A DNA stretch of 64,000 bases from Vicugna vicugna. Taxonomy: Eukaryota. A program made the position numbers and the translations under genes. Under the pieces are notes generated by a model that searched no databases, was not told the DNA's origin, and was given only the letters and a program-made list of their open reading frames with translations. How positions within the stretch are numbered: the stretch's first letter is position 1; each line of letters begins with the position of its first letter. Shown in pieces: positions 26,495 through 39,000 of the stretch. The stretch covers positions 7,146,295 to 7,210,294 of the forward strand of contig MU058636.1 of assembly GCA_013265495.1 (NCBI GenBank). Direction: 5' to 3'.

Positions 26495-28669
26495 CTGGCA
26501 CTTTAGTTACATGTTTCTTCCCAGAATTTTCCATGACCTATTGTTGCCTTTGCTTCTGCCACTGTGGGGCAGGGAATTGGAGCACCAATCCAGCTGCTCA
26601 GGGCTGTGCATCATGTCAGTGCCAAGGGAGGGGCTGCCCAGGAGGCAGGCACAAGTGCCAGCCCTCAAACGTTCTCTCCTCCCACTGCCCCTCCACAGGG
26701 AGGGCCACGGGATTGCAAGAGGAAGCAGCGCTCAGAAAGCATAGAGCGTTTCTCTGAGAGATCAGATGAGGAAGGGGGGTGTCAACCCCATCCAGAACAT
26801 GAGTTCACAGAGGAAAACAGGCAGCATGCAGGAACTCAAGCACTACACAGGCAAAATCACAAACTCAACAACCAGGTCAAGCAGAATGAACAGAAAAGAA
26901 AAATACAGAACTTTTTTTTTTAAAGCATAATATTCTCTAAAATATAAGGGGGCATTCAAGTTACTGGTAATGTTATTTCTTAAGCTAGGGGGTGAATACA
27001 AGGGAGTTCATTTTGTTCGCTTAGTCTTCTATATGTGCTATAAATATTTAATATGTAATTAATGTTTTTTATCATTTAATTCTAAAAACAGGAAAATACA
27101 GGTAGTGGTGTGGAAGCTGCCAACTTGAGTTTGTGAATTTCGATAAAAAATAAATTAGTCTATAATAATGTGTCTCACACTTGAGTAATACACTGACCCC
27201 TTTTAAAGAGAACAAAATTGTCATTAACCACACCCCCCCCCCAAAAAAAAATCTCTGAGTCTTTAGAATGTGTTCTTGGACTCCTTGGATCTAGTTTGAG
27301 AAACACTGACTTAATTAGCTTTTCTTCATTTTTAAGTATATTTCCATTTTAAATTACCACAGCATAGATTTTTGACAGCAAAGAGATTTCATCTTTACAA
27401 CTGGTTAAAAGTAGAGTATCATCAAAGTGCAAATCTGAAATGTAACATCTTTCATAGAACTTTTCACCCCCAAGAAAATATCCACAGATCCCAGGGTACA
27501 TAGGCCATAATTTGATGAATAGGAAGAATTCTGGAAGAGTTGTAGTCACCAGACCAAGTTACAACATGCCTTTCCAAGCAGAAAAAGTAATGGTCAGTGA
27601 TACTGGCAACTTAAAATGAAATAATGATATTTTTATATACACACAAGGGCATATTTATATATTTATATATTAATACTTGCTCTTTGCTGAGATGATATTG
27701 TTGAATCAACTGAACAATTACATCCCAGATAAACCAGTGTCATACAATATGAGTCCACTAGAACTGTTTAAAACTTAAAAGAGAAAGAGAAATAGGCAAT
27801 ATAAGACATTGATAAGTGTGATGTTGTTAATGGAAAGTGGAAATAGTTGGGTACAACATGGTATTAATAAATATTTGTGGAATCTGATCTGAGTGGTTGA
27901 GGTCCAAATGACATTGTAAATAAGCATTTCATGTCCTTCTTTGCGATCACCCGCCTTCAATGGAGTTTCACTTCAGAGTCTTTCAGGCCCTCATATCCTG
28001 CCCAGTATGGCCAGTGCTGGCGTTCTTTTCCCGTCTACCAAAGCAGGCTAGCACCACCCCCCATGCACCTCCAGAATTCTCTCTGACTTTCTGTTGTTTT
28101 CTTTCCTCCACACTTTTGCACCCCAAGATGGTAGCCATCCCTCATCTCCATCTCAAAGTGGCTTCTCCAAATAAGACAGTGTTGAGCATGTGTCCTTTCA
28201 GCTTTGTTGATCCTTCTTGCAGGCTTTCATGCATGCATTTTATTCACCAATATTCTGCTTTTCTTGTTCATTTGTATGCGGGTTTTTTGATCCCTGTTAC
28301 ACTCTGTGCATGTACGTTTGTTCTTCACACTTGTCATTGTTGAGTGCCTCTGGTGGTCAGCCTGTGGAAGATGTCCTTTGGTTGTTTCATGGGTTCCAAA
28401 TCCTAGCCCGCTGAGAAGCACGCCTGTCACTTCAAAGGCGTGCACTTAGTACAGAGGTGACAGCACGTGGCAGGCAGAATGCTTGCAGCTGGACTTCCTG
28501 AGCTACGTTCACACCAATAAGGTCAAGTGGAGAATTAAGATGATCATGTAATCATCTCTTCTTCCTTTCACTGCTTTCCTCCCCTCCCCCAACCAAAAGG
28601 CAAAGCACCACAGCCCGTTTTGTTGAAGATTTTTAAGGAGCATTTTTAAATGGATGTGAACACAGGTTT

Positions 28670-29050
28670 GAAAACTACCTAGCTCTGAGTTCAGTTCTAA
28701 CACTTGCTCCTTTATGAAAGTGTACAAATTGATTAACTTTTCAAAGCCGTGGCTTTCTAGGCTATAAAATAGAAATAATAATTGTACCGTCCTCATATGA
28801 ATCTCGTAATTAAATGGGATTACTCATGTAAATGCTTTGACAGGCTTGATTTCTATTTCTTAACAATAATCAGGAAGAAAAGAATAGCTCTCACCCCTAT
28901 CATGGTGTCATAAGCACATCACATTTGTTGACTTACCCAGTCATCTAAGCAACCTGTGTAAGAGGTAGAGGAGTCGTCCCCATTTTTATGGATGAGGAAG
29001 CAGCAGAGAGGTTACGTAACGGGCCCATGGTCACACAGCTAGTAAGTGCC
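28670..29050. mobile_element. Two MIR fragments in opposite orientation
   Basis: + copy at ~28670-28840 (ctataaaatagaaataataattgtacc...ttaaatggg); - copy at ~28890-29050 (cccatttttatggatgaggaagc...ggtcacacagctagtaagtg). Confidence 0.65.
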
Positions 29051-29155
29051 CTTACTAAACATTAATGACTCTTATTTTAAATGTTTGGTTTAATGGTGTA
29101 GCTCTTCATTTCTGCTCTTGGTCTGTAGTGACTCACTGCTGCCGTTCCCTTGCAG

Positions 29156-29257
29156 GTGACTATCCTGCCCCAAGAGCTGTCCTCACCGGCCACGACCATG
29201 AAGTTGTCTGTGTTTCTGTCTGTGCAGAACTTGGACTTGTTATCAGTGGTGCTAAAG
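29156..29257 (+). CDS. NBEA: Neurobeachin exon, WD40 repeat (SDYPAPRAVLTGHDHEVVCVSVCAELGLVISGAK)
   Basis: ccttgcag| acceptor, AAG|gtcaga donor; 102 nt, phase 1-1. Confidence 0.96.
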
Positions 29258-31024
29258 GTCAGAAGACAGTTCTTTCATTTTCGGCCTTTAAAAACCGTAC
29301 TATTCTCATGAGGTAACCGTGATTTATGATTTATTTCCTTTAGGAGGCTCTTCCTAGACAAAGGTAATCCCTAGGTTCTTTACAGCTGTTCAGTTTTATT
29401 ATTAACGTTTGCTAGTCCTAACATAAAATACACATAAAATTTTATGTAGTGTCTTGTGGTCACTAGCACTCTAGCCAGAACACTGGTAAATTAAACTGCA
29501 GCATATCCATATGATGCAGTCATTAAAAATAACATATAAAAGATAAGGGAAAGATACCCAGAACACGGGGGGGCAGTCACGGCGGTGGGGGGATCACGAG
29601 GGGGTCAGGTTGCGCATCAGATACAGCCTTGGATCCACTCGCTGCACGAGTCATCTTCTCAAGGCCTGGGGCTGTGTAGAGGTAGGTGGGAAAGGAAATA
29701 TGATTACTTAGTTCTTTTGACTTTTTGTGGTAGAAGTATTGTTTTGGGCAAAGTCAGGGAACTTGGATTCTAATTCTGGCTCAGATTCCAGTTCTCCATG
29801 GGAAGTTCTGGGGCAGGAAGGAGCCTAATGCTTAGGAGAAACTGAAAGGAAACCAAAGGGGCTGAGGTGAGGACACCACAGAGTTAAGGAGAGAGAAAGC
29901 GGAAGAGGTGGGGCCCGTGGCTCGAGGATCTGCAATTTGTATTTTACTTTGGGTATAGTGGGAAACCGCTGAGGTTTTTAGCAAGGTGATAAGATGATCA
30001 GATTAGGAGCTTATTCTGGCTGCTTGATAGATAATGGATATCATGTCTGAAGGTAGGACACTGTGTTCTTCATTTTTGTATTTAAGAGTCAATAACCCAG
30101 GAATGGACACACAGGGTAATCTCAGTAAATATCTTTTAATGTCTGTTTTGGTAATAACATGTCTAGTATTATTCTATTATGTAAAGCTAAAAAAAAAGGA
30201 AAGGAAAATAAAAGACACATAGTACATATAAGAAAAAACCAATTTTCTGTAGATGATGGTTGATGTTAGAGGTGATTGCTAGTTTTTTCTCTAACTCTTT
30301 GTATTTTCTATAACGCATACCTATTACTTTAGTCATCAGGAAGAATTTTATGTATAGCATTATCATGTCACTTGTTTTGTAAAATATGTATTTACTTAAA
30401 TCAATTTATTGAAAAATAAGAATGTAATTCATACATAGTTTTTGTGGAGTTTTTTGGGGGGAGAGGGGAGGGGGACAGATAATACCAAACTGTATCAACC
30501 AACTATTTATATGAACTTGACTAATAAATCTTTTATCTTAACACAACTTCTACCTGGCAAAAAAAACAATTGGAGCAGAGTAAGTCACTCTCCGGACTAC
30601 TTTCACATTCCTGCCTCACTCTTCGTTTATTTAAAAGACAAGAAGTGTTTCTACAGTCTGAATTACTTAATTTTCTTAATTTTGCCTTTTACATTTTATG
30701 CATAGACTATAGAAAAGGTAAAACTTATTATTTGTTAGTAATGTATGTATGTGGTACAATGTGAAAATTTTGATGATACTAAAGAAAATTAGCAATTCTT
30801 TTGAAAATCATCCTAAACTTTCTAAAGGAAATTTTCTAAAAACAGATGAAGAGAAAACTGGGACATACAGTCTTTTATCCCCATGTAATGTATGAACTAC
30901 ATCCTTTTTAGTGAATATTTTCTCATAAAGGGAAAAAGCAAGTCTTTACCTAGGTAAACACTTGGAGGATACGTGTGTGTCACGGAACAGTATTTGTACT
31001 GATTGGTTCTGATGAAATGTAACC

Positions 31025-31435
31025 TCGGCGCTTGGCTCTTGCCAGCATAGTTCTGTTCTTTTCCGCCCGCTTTCGACAAACCTGAGTGCGTGTCCAGGTG
31101 CGGTGTGCGGGCTCGATGTGCCCGGTCATCGCCCGTGACTGTGCCCGTTGATGTTCCCCGCTCTGCAGAGGGCCCTTGCCTCGTCCACACAATCACTGGA
31201 GACTTGCTGAGAGCCCTCGAGGGACCGGAAAACTGCTTGTTCCCGCGCTTGATTTCTGTCTCCAGCGAAGGCCACTGCATCATCTACTACGAGCGCGGGC
31301 GGTTCAGCAATTTCAGCATCAACGGGAAGCTCCTGGCCCAGATGGAGGTCAGCGACGCCACACGGGTACGTGCGCGCGCGCGCGGCGCGGGGCTGGGGCC
31401 ACGGGCTGAGACGCGGCTGTTTTACACTTGACGAC
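31025..31435. other. Small intragenic CpG-island-like patch
   Basis: About 40 CpG dinucleotides in ~410 bp by hand count, with very AT-rich flanks. Confidence 0.8.
31169..31365 (+). CDS. NBEA: Neurobeachin exon (EGPCLVHTITGDLLRALEG...KLLAQMEVSDATR)
   Basis: ctctgcag| acceptor, CGG|gtacgt donor; 197 nt, phase 1-0. Confidence 0.96.
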
Positions 31436-32056
31436 TCATAATACATCTCTCTGGGGTCCAGACAAATGTGCAGTGGTTTGTAAAAGCATATAGATTCATG
31501 TGGATGGATGCTTTGAAAAACTCAAAGCTCATTTAATATCAAGTAATTAACGCAATGAATTAGACTTTGGAGATGACAGCTGTTGTTTGGTTAGAGGTCT
31601 GACTTAGGGAGACTTTCTTAGGCTCCTCTTACAAACAGTTCCTGCACTGCACCCCCTGACATTAAAAGCTAGTTTATTGTCAATGAATCTTATCTTTTGA
31701 AACCTAGACCAAAATTACGTACCCAATTACCCATGACGCACAAATGAATTTTAATTGCTGGTTTATCATTATTAAAAACTGTTTTGAAATATGCTTCTGC
31801 CATTTGTTCTAAAAGTCTTGATGTTGTTAGTATTCTTTGGGACTTCTGTTATTTTATAACCTAAATTGGTTTTAATAAGATCTTTTGTTTACGTAAGAAC
31901 TTTGATGAATTGCACATTGGAAAGTCTGTTAGAAAACTGGGATGGCTAAAAGCAGATAATAATGACAAGGGACCTGTAGTAAGTGCATTTCAGTAGTGAC
32001 CGTTGGTCATTTGGGAACCACGGAGAGAAACAGTTGCTTTTCTGCCCTGTCTGAAG

Positions 32057-32208
32057 GCCATTCTCCTGAGTAGCGATGGCCAGAACCTGGTGACTGGAGG
32101 AGACAATGGTGTGGTGGAGGTCTGGCAGGCCTGTGACTTCAAGCAGCTGTACATTTACCCCGGATGTGACGCTGGCATTAGAGCAATGGACTTATCCCAT
32201 GACCAGAG
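32057..32208 (+). CDS. NBEA: Neurobeachin penultimate exon, WD40 (AILLSSDGQNLVTGGDNGVVEVW...DLSHDQR)
   Basis: ctgaag| acceptor, GAG|gtgagc donor; 152 nt, phase 0-2. Confidence 0.96.
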
Positions 32209-34036
32209 GTGAGCCACGTCGGGGAGAATGTGATCACTTAAGAACTGTCTTCGGAAGTTCTTTATATTTTACCCAGGGTGAAACGTGCTGTGAATAAGAA
32301 TCCAGCATCCAGATGAAAGAAAGACAAGCGCAGAAAAGGGTAAACTGAGGAGAGGAGTAAGTACCCTAAGAAGGGATTCTGGTAAGAAGGGAACAGAGGA
32401 AGAGAATAATGGGGGGGGGGGGAAGAAATGGGTCTGAAGAAAGCCAGGCACAGCCAGACGCTGTCCCAAATGTGAAATTATCCCCACCAGCTGCTCTGTC
32501 CTCAGATCCTTGCCTGGGCTCAGACAGGCCTCCTTGGTTTACATTATGTGGAAGAGACACATTTTTTAAAGCAGAAGTGAGTCTCAGCTTGAGGCATAAG
32601 TCTGACTAATGAATTTCAGCCAAAGGCAGAGCGCAGACCACATCTGGCCTCTGCTTTTAAAAATAGGAGGCGCTCGTTACTTGAAACAGCCCCTTACTCA
32701 CGTACCTCTCATTTATGTGATTGGGTGGTATGTTACATGCTTCCCTAATACACTGTAATCTTTCCTTGGGAGGAGTTGATTTGGATGTTAACTAAGTGGT
32801 ATGATTTTCCAGTTTTCCTCAGTTTTCAACAGGAGTTTGTTATTTTCTAAAATTTGCCTTTGGGTTTATTATAAAGTGAAAAGAGTATTTGGACTATAAA
32901 GTCTAAAATTTCTAATTTAAAAAATAAAACTATAATCTGAATATGGTAATTTCTCATTTTCTGCTATATTTTAACAAATAAGAAAAGCTTATTAACCAAC
33001 TTATTTCACTATTTGTATATTCTTTATAAGAGTACTGGTTTTAAAATATTATAAATATAAAGGCTTATATAATAAATTTAACAAAGCATCTTCACAATAT
33101 AGTAAAATGGTACTGAAGTCATCGAGAGAAACAATGGACTTTAAATTAGTTTGGGGAAGGGATATTTGATCTGCAGCCCAGCCTGTTTTAAAGAAAATTT
33201 AAGCAGTTTATTATTAGAGTGTTCCAAAATGCTGTTGTCCATATTCATGAATAAAGGGGAATGGTTTGCTGTGTAATTACTTGTGTATACAGGGGTGTTT
33301 CGAAGGTGTTTGAAATTACGTGTGTTTAAAAATTCTCCCTGATAGTCTTATTCATTCCCATATTCACATGGCAAACGTTTGCTGCTACCATCACGGATTA
33401 AGTACTGTGCACAGTCCTGAGGGTACATAACAAGATTACTGACCCGAAGAGCTCAAATACTCATTATGACTGTATATGAGGGAGGCAGGAGCAAAAGAAG
33501 GAAGTGATTCTGTCTTCTTGAGGGGCGCGGAGGGCAGGAAAGTCTTTGTAATAAGCTCTTTATCCGTCACTCGGCGTGGGGAGAGAGTGGAGGAGAGATG
33601 GTAGGCAGAGCTCATTCGTGCTAGCAGTCTCCAGAGGAGTGAGGAAAGACACTAACCAAGTTTCTATCTCTTTTTCAATCTCATCCTTAATTTCAATCAT
33701 TCTTACTGTTTTATGATGTCCCTGATATATGTTGGAACAGTAGCACATGACATGCACATAAGTTACAGATTGACAGAGCAACATATGGTGAGGCTACTCA
33801 AAAAGTGTTTATCTGAAGAGTTGTCCGATCGAAAGTTAATCAGCACTTGGTCTGGCTGTCCAGGTGTTGGTGGATTGATTCAGCCTCTCTCAGGAGAACC
33901 AAGAGTAAATTTTCATCCTCTCTCAGTGCACAGGATTAAAACTTGGTGAACTTTGAGATCATGCTGTTGTTTAGTGGGAAGCAGAACCACGTCAGGGATT
34001 TTGTGTCTCTCTTAACTACTGTCTCTGCTTTTCCAG

Positions 34037-34127
34037 GACTCTGATCACTGGCATGGCTTCTGGGAGCATTGTAGCTTTTAATATAGATTTTAATCGGTGG
34101 CATTATGAGCATCAGAACAGGTACTGA
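34037..34127 (+). CDS. NBEA: Neurobeachin terminal coding exon ([29 protein letters not shown])
   Basis: ttttccag| acceptor; completes the split Arg codon; TGA at 34125-34127; C-terminus recognised as NBEA. Absent from the ORF track because it is short. Confidence 0.97.
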
Positions 34128-35900
34128 AGACAAATGAAGAACCAAAAGCCAAGTTCAAGCTGAGAGCACAAGTGCTGTGAGGAAAGGCAATATCTCTGGT
34201 GGAAAAAACTCGTCTACATCGACCTCCGTTTGTACATTCCATCCCACCCAGCAATAGCTGTACATTGTAGTCAGCAGCCATTTTACTTTGTGTGTTTTTT
34301 CACAACTGAACACCAGCTGCTATCAAGCAAGCTTATATCATGTAAATTATATGAATTAGGAGATGTTTTGGTAATTATTTCATATATTGTTGTTTATTGA
34401 GAAAAGGTAGTAGGAGTGTCACAAGAGACTTTTGACAATTCTGAGGAACCTTGTGTCCAGTTGTCACAAAGTTTAAGCTTTGAACCTAACCGGCATCCCA
34501 TTTCCAGCCTCTTTTCAAGCTGAGAAGAAAAAAAAAAAAACCCACGTTTGATACTTTGTACATCAGATGCATCTTATTTAAAGGGATACTTTTGTAAAAG
34601 TGAAACCTTGTATAAAGAACAAAACGTTTCTTAATTTTATTGTGGAGTTACAACTTGCATGTTCTTTAATCCTGATGTCTTGATGGAACAGGTGCATTCA
34701 TGCTAGGAAATCGTAAGATCTGTCCAAGGACACAGCTTGTATGAAAGGATTGAATTTGGACTCAGTTAGTAATTGTTGACATTTTCACCAAAATATGATT
34801 TGCACTTTTTAATCTAAATTCATCCCTTCTAAGTGAAATTTGCTCATAAAGCATTTGGATACTAAGCCATTACTTGCCATTTGGGGTACTTTATACAAAG
34901 AAAATTCAGCCCTACCCTTCATAATTTGAAGACACAGCAGAAAGGGGGCTTAGGGATGAGGTCCTGGTTTTGTTGTATAAATTGGAGTCCCGATCGTTAG
35001 TTCTGTAGTAATGACTTTCTAACTCCTGGACAACTCTTCCAGAGTCATCCTGCTGGCTTAGTATGTGTACATTAGGGGAGGAGAATCTGATGCTAACTTT
35101 TGTTTGCTATTATTTTTTCCTCTCTCTCTCTCTTTGGTTCATGAATAGCTTAGTTTCTTTACTAATAAGTCAGACTTTATTATAACAATAACTGAAGTTA
35201 TTCTTTTAGGTTCTTGTGAAATTCTCACCTAACGCCACATTCTTAAGCCTAAGGCACTTCATCTTTTATGATATACAATGATGGCTGTCAAATGATTTTC
35301 CATACATTGTACTGATCAAGTTACACACCCAGGGGTATATACACTTTATTCATGTTTCTTCTTTGTATATTTGGTGACTGTATCGTCATAGATGTACATA
35401 TTGTGTCGGTAGGGCTATGAGGCATGTTACAGGAATGTAATTTTCTCAGAATTTACACTCACTTGCAGTCCTTTATTTAAAAAGATAAAACAAGATAATG
35501 GGTTCTTTGTATTGGCACTTTGCACCAGAAACATATCATTATTTATTGATGTGATTACTTATTTGTTATCCACCTTGTACTAGTAAGTTTTAGCACTGAA
35601 TTCCTTCTTCATTGTTGTTTGTATTTATGAGATTCTGAAATTCTGGGGGAATCGGCGTAATGATTAAGTTATTCATCACCAGGCTGTAAGCAATATCTTG
35701 AGTTTTGTAGCTTAGAATTGGGAGGATAATGAACATCTGGAAGACAAGTTCATTTCATCTCGAGATCATGGTGAAATATTTTGGATATATAAATTCCTTA
35801 AGCTATTGTAACCATGTTTTATTGCAAAGATGTAAAATATGCCAGATGTGTGTGAGTTGGAAATCAAAAAAAGAAAAATAAAATATGCAAAGAATTCACT
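34128..35900 (+). other. NBEA: NBEA 3' UTR (~1.8 kb)
   Basis: Follows the stop codon; AU-rich; no interspersed repeat recognised; ends shortly after AATAAA. The 3' end is approximate. Confidence 0.8.
35877..35882 (+). terminator. Polyadenylation signal AATAAA
   Basis: First canonical AATAAA I found after the stop codon; a CA dinucleotide ~15 nt downstream followed by a GU/U-rich tract (gattgtttcacatttcgttgg). Confidence 0.8.
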
Positions 35901-38210
35901 GATTGTTTCACATTTCGTTGGACACTTCACTTCCATGCATTCATTATGTTGTCATACAAGTTTAAGAAATCAGCGTCACTTCGTATAAAGGCCGAGAGCA
36001 TCTAAGAACATGAAATAGAGTCCTAATGAGGTCCTGTAATTTGCTGAAACATGAGCTGCTCTGCTTGGTCATCTGGCAGGGATTCGGGGCACCATTGACC
36101 AGAGGGAAGCATCCCTTGTTGTTTCTTCTGCATGGCCCACTCTGGGGGGTTGTTTCATGTAAAAGGAACTAAATGCAGGTGAAGGGTGTAAAGAAAGTGA
36201 AAGTTACCCAGTAATGCTGTTTTCATTTGAGCCATGCTTTCTAGAGTTGATCACTGACCAGGCATGATGCAGGCAGGATGGGAGCAGCTGCAGGCCGAAG
36301 CAGGCGGGTGGCAGGAGCGGTGCGGAGGGGGCTTCGGTGGCTCACAGCAGCCCAGGCCAGCCCAGGGCGTGACAGACTGCAGGTGAGCTTCCATCCGCAT
36401 TCTCGGGACAGAAGGACACAACCAGCAGTAGCCTAAGAAGGACTTGCTACCATCTCTCTCCATCCCATCCCCAGACCAGACACCTGTCAGTCACCACCAG
36501 TCCGGGTGGCTCCCTCATCCCAGCCCGTCCTACAGCCCATCAGCCACTCATCGGTGTGTTACTACCTAAAAATCTCTTTAAACCGACTGCCCCTCTTCCA
36601 GAACCATCATCTGGACTGACACCAAAACCTCCTGACCAGAATCTGGGTCTCACATCGGACCCCTCCCACCACACTCCACACTGCTACTGCAGGGTGTGGC
36701 TACACCCCAGCCCCGTCATCCCACCACCGGGCACCCTGCAGTGGCTTGCACGTGTTCATAAACTCTGGTGGGTGAAAAATCACCTGGGAAGCTTATTTCT
36801 CAGAGCAGAATCTAGGGCCCCATCCCCCAGGTGATTCTGATATGGGTCACCCTGGGCACACTGTCAACAATGACAATGTGAGGGGCGCAGTCCAAACTCA
36901 GTAGAGGAAACATTCTCACCTGTCCCTCCCCTTGGCACCCTGCACCTCAGGCAAACCCACCTCCTTACACGTGGCTGAGCACCACCCTGTGCCTTGGTCC
37001 CTAGTTTCATCTCCGCCCAGAGAGCTCCTTTTTGCTGGCACTACCTGGTGGAACTCCTTGTTGCAAATTGACCTAAACCAATTTGGTCACACACAATCTA
37101 TTTGGCAGGTAAAGGTAAGTCCCCAAACCCCACATCCTCACTATTTTATGAGGAAAACAATTTTCAGGTCCAATTTCTGCCACATTTGGAGATATTTTCA
37201 TCGAACACATTTCATCTAACTCATTTTAGGAAGCAAGCATGAGCTCATTCATAGAACCCTTCTGTGAGCGTGGGAAGACCAGTGTCTTTCTAGGTGATCT
37301 GACAACCGTTTACATAGAAGACACACTGAAAACACATGCACAAATATTCTAGAAGCAGGGTCCCATTAGCCTTGTAATGCCACCAGCAGCCGGAATCCTC
37401 CACCCCAGTCATTTATGCATCAAGCCTTGGCCACCACCCCACGAGCACAGGCTAGGGACCTCAGTAGATTTCTACACCTTGGTCATGGAGAGAAGGGAAA
37501 GGTCTCTACAATACTGCAGCCTGTGTGTATTGAATTCACATACATTAAATACCACTAATTTCATCAGTGGTGCTACTTAAGAAGCCAGTCATTTCCCTAC
37601 TGAATACTCAGTCTTCGCTTTCACTACCATAAGTCAGTAACACTTCTAGTCTCCTCTGAGATAAGGAAGCTGGAGCCCTGGTCCTTGACTTCACATTGAC
37701 TTTACTGATTAAATGATCTGGAGTGTAAATTTCTGATTAGGGCGACTGGCTGGCCCCTAGCATGCAGTCCATTAACACATACTGTCACATTGTCTATACT
37801 GGTAAATTACATCATAACACTTCTACGATTGTCATGGCCCCAGCCCTCCTCTGCGAGGCCTCCCCTGACCCCTGGGTTAGCTTCCTCACACCTGGTTTGT
37901 CCCTGTCACTGAGGAGTAGTGCATTGTCGCAGCATACTTGCCTCTCGTTCCTGTGAGCTTCTTAGCAATGTAACTCTTCTATCTTGTGGCCTTAGGACAG
38001 TGTTGGATTCAGAGTAGATTGTCAATAAATGTATATTTGCTAAATCTATGGATAAACAGATGAATACCAGATCCCTGGGCAAAGTAGGCAGGAATGCTCA
38101 AGGGCCCACCCTCTTCCCACTGCCCTGATAACTGGAAGCCTCAGGCTGCCCTGTCCTGCCCTGCACTGTGGCCCTTCCAGAGAGCTCCACTCTCCATTTA
38201 CCACCACAGG

Positions 38211-39000
38211 CGGTTCCATGTATTTTTGCCTTAAGCTTATTTGCCGTAAACATCTTTTCCAGGGATGTTTTTGCCACGTAACTAATTGGTCATAAGGCAA
38301 TTTTGCCATAGAAGATAATGAAAAATAAAAAGCGGCATTAGAAAGGACATAATGAAACACGAACTATCATTAACAAAATTTAAAAGACTTGCGAAACACA
38401 GATACTTGAATACATTTAAAACGTTCATAGATTCATGGCAATACTGCTCAAATACCTGATTTTGTTTTGGAGGTTTTACCTAAACACTTGGATTTTAAGT
38501 CTCTCATTCGTAGTTTTTTATACTTTTTTTTTTTTGCTCGTTGATTTATCCCCTCTTTTGGCTCCGCAGTTTTTCGCTGAAGTGTCTTCCTACCTTAAAA
38601 GATGTATCAGCTATCAGTTGCCAAGTACGAGGATGCATATTTGTAACTGAGCTTTGTTACAAGGGTAGTGAAAGCCGTGGACGCTGCTCTGTGTTCTCAG
38701 CACATTGTCACATGTCCCACGTCTGTCGATAGACTTTACAAAGTTCTATGGGAGATGTGGGTCCAATTCCACATCTTCCAGGTCCTCAGCCTCTTTCTCC
38801 TCCGATGTAATATGGTTCAAAATAAGAAACCAGCCCTTGGGCACATCGTCATCACCTGTCACAATTTTTGTATTATGTGTGTCAAACCAAACCGCCAACC
38901 AGTTCGTTTATGTTTTACGGCCAAATTGCCTTACGGCCAACTAGTGCCGTAAGGAAGGTGTTTGCGGCAGAGATGTTTACGGCCAACACGGACGGTCACA
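38211..39000. mobile_element. Non-autonomous DNA transposon fossil with ~100-bp imperfect terminal inverted repeats (possibly MER99-like)
   Basis: Left arm ...actaattggtcataaggcaattttgccatagaa is approximately the reverse complement of right arm ttttacggccaaattgccttacggccaactagt...; internal ttgccgtaa-type subrepeats. Family name uncertain. Confidence 0.7.

Noticed and set aside
34528..34540. A13 tract in the 3' UTR as a possible alternative poly(A) end or retro-insertion tail
   Set aside because: Genomically encoded, with no upstream AATAAA or TSD; more likely an oligo-dT internal priming site.
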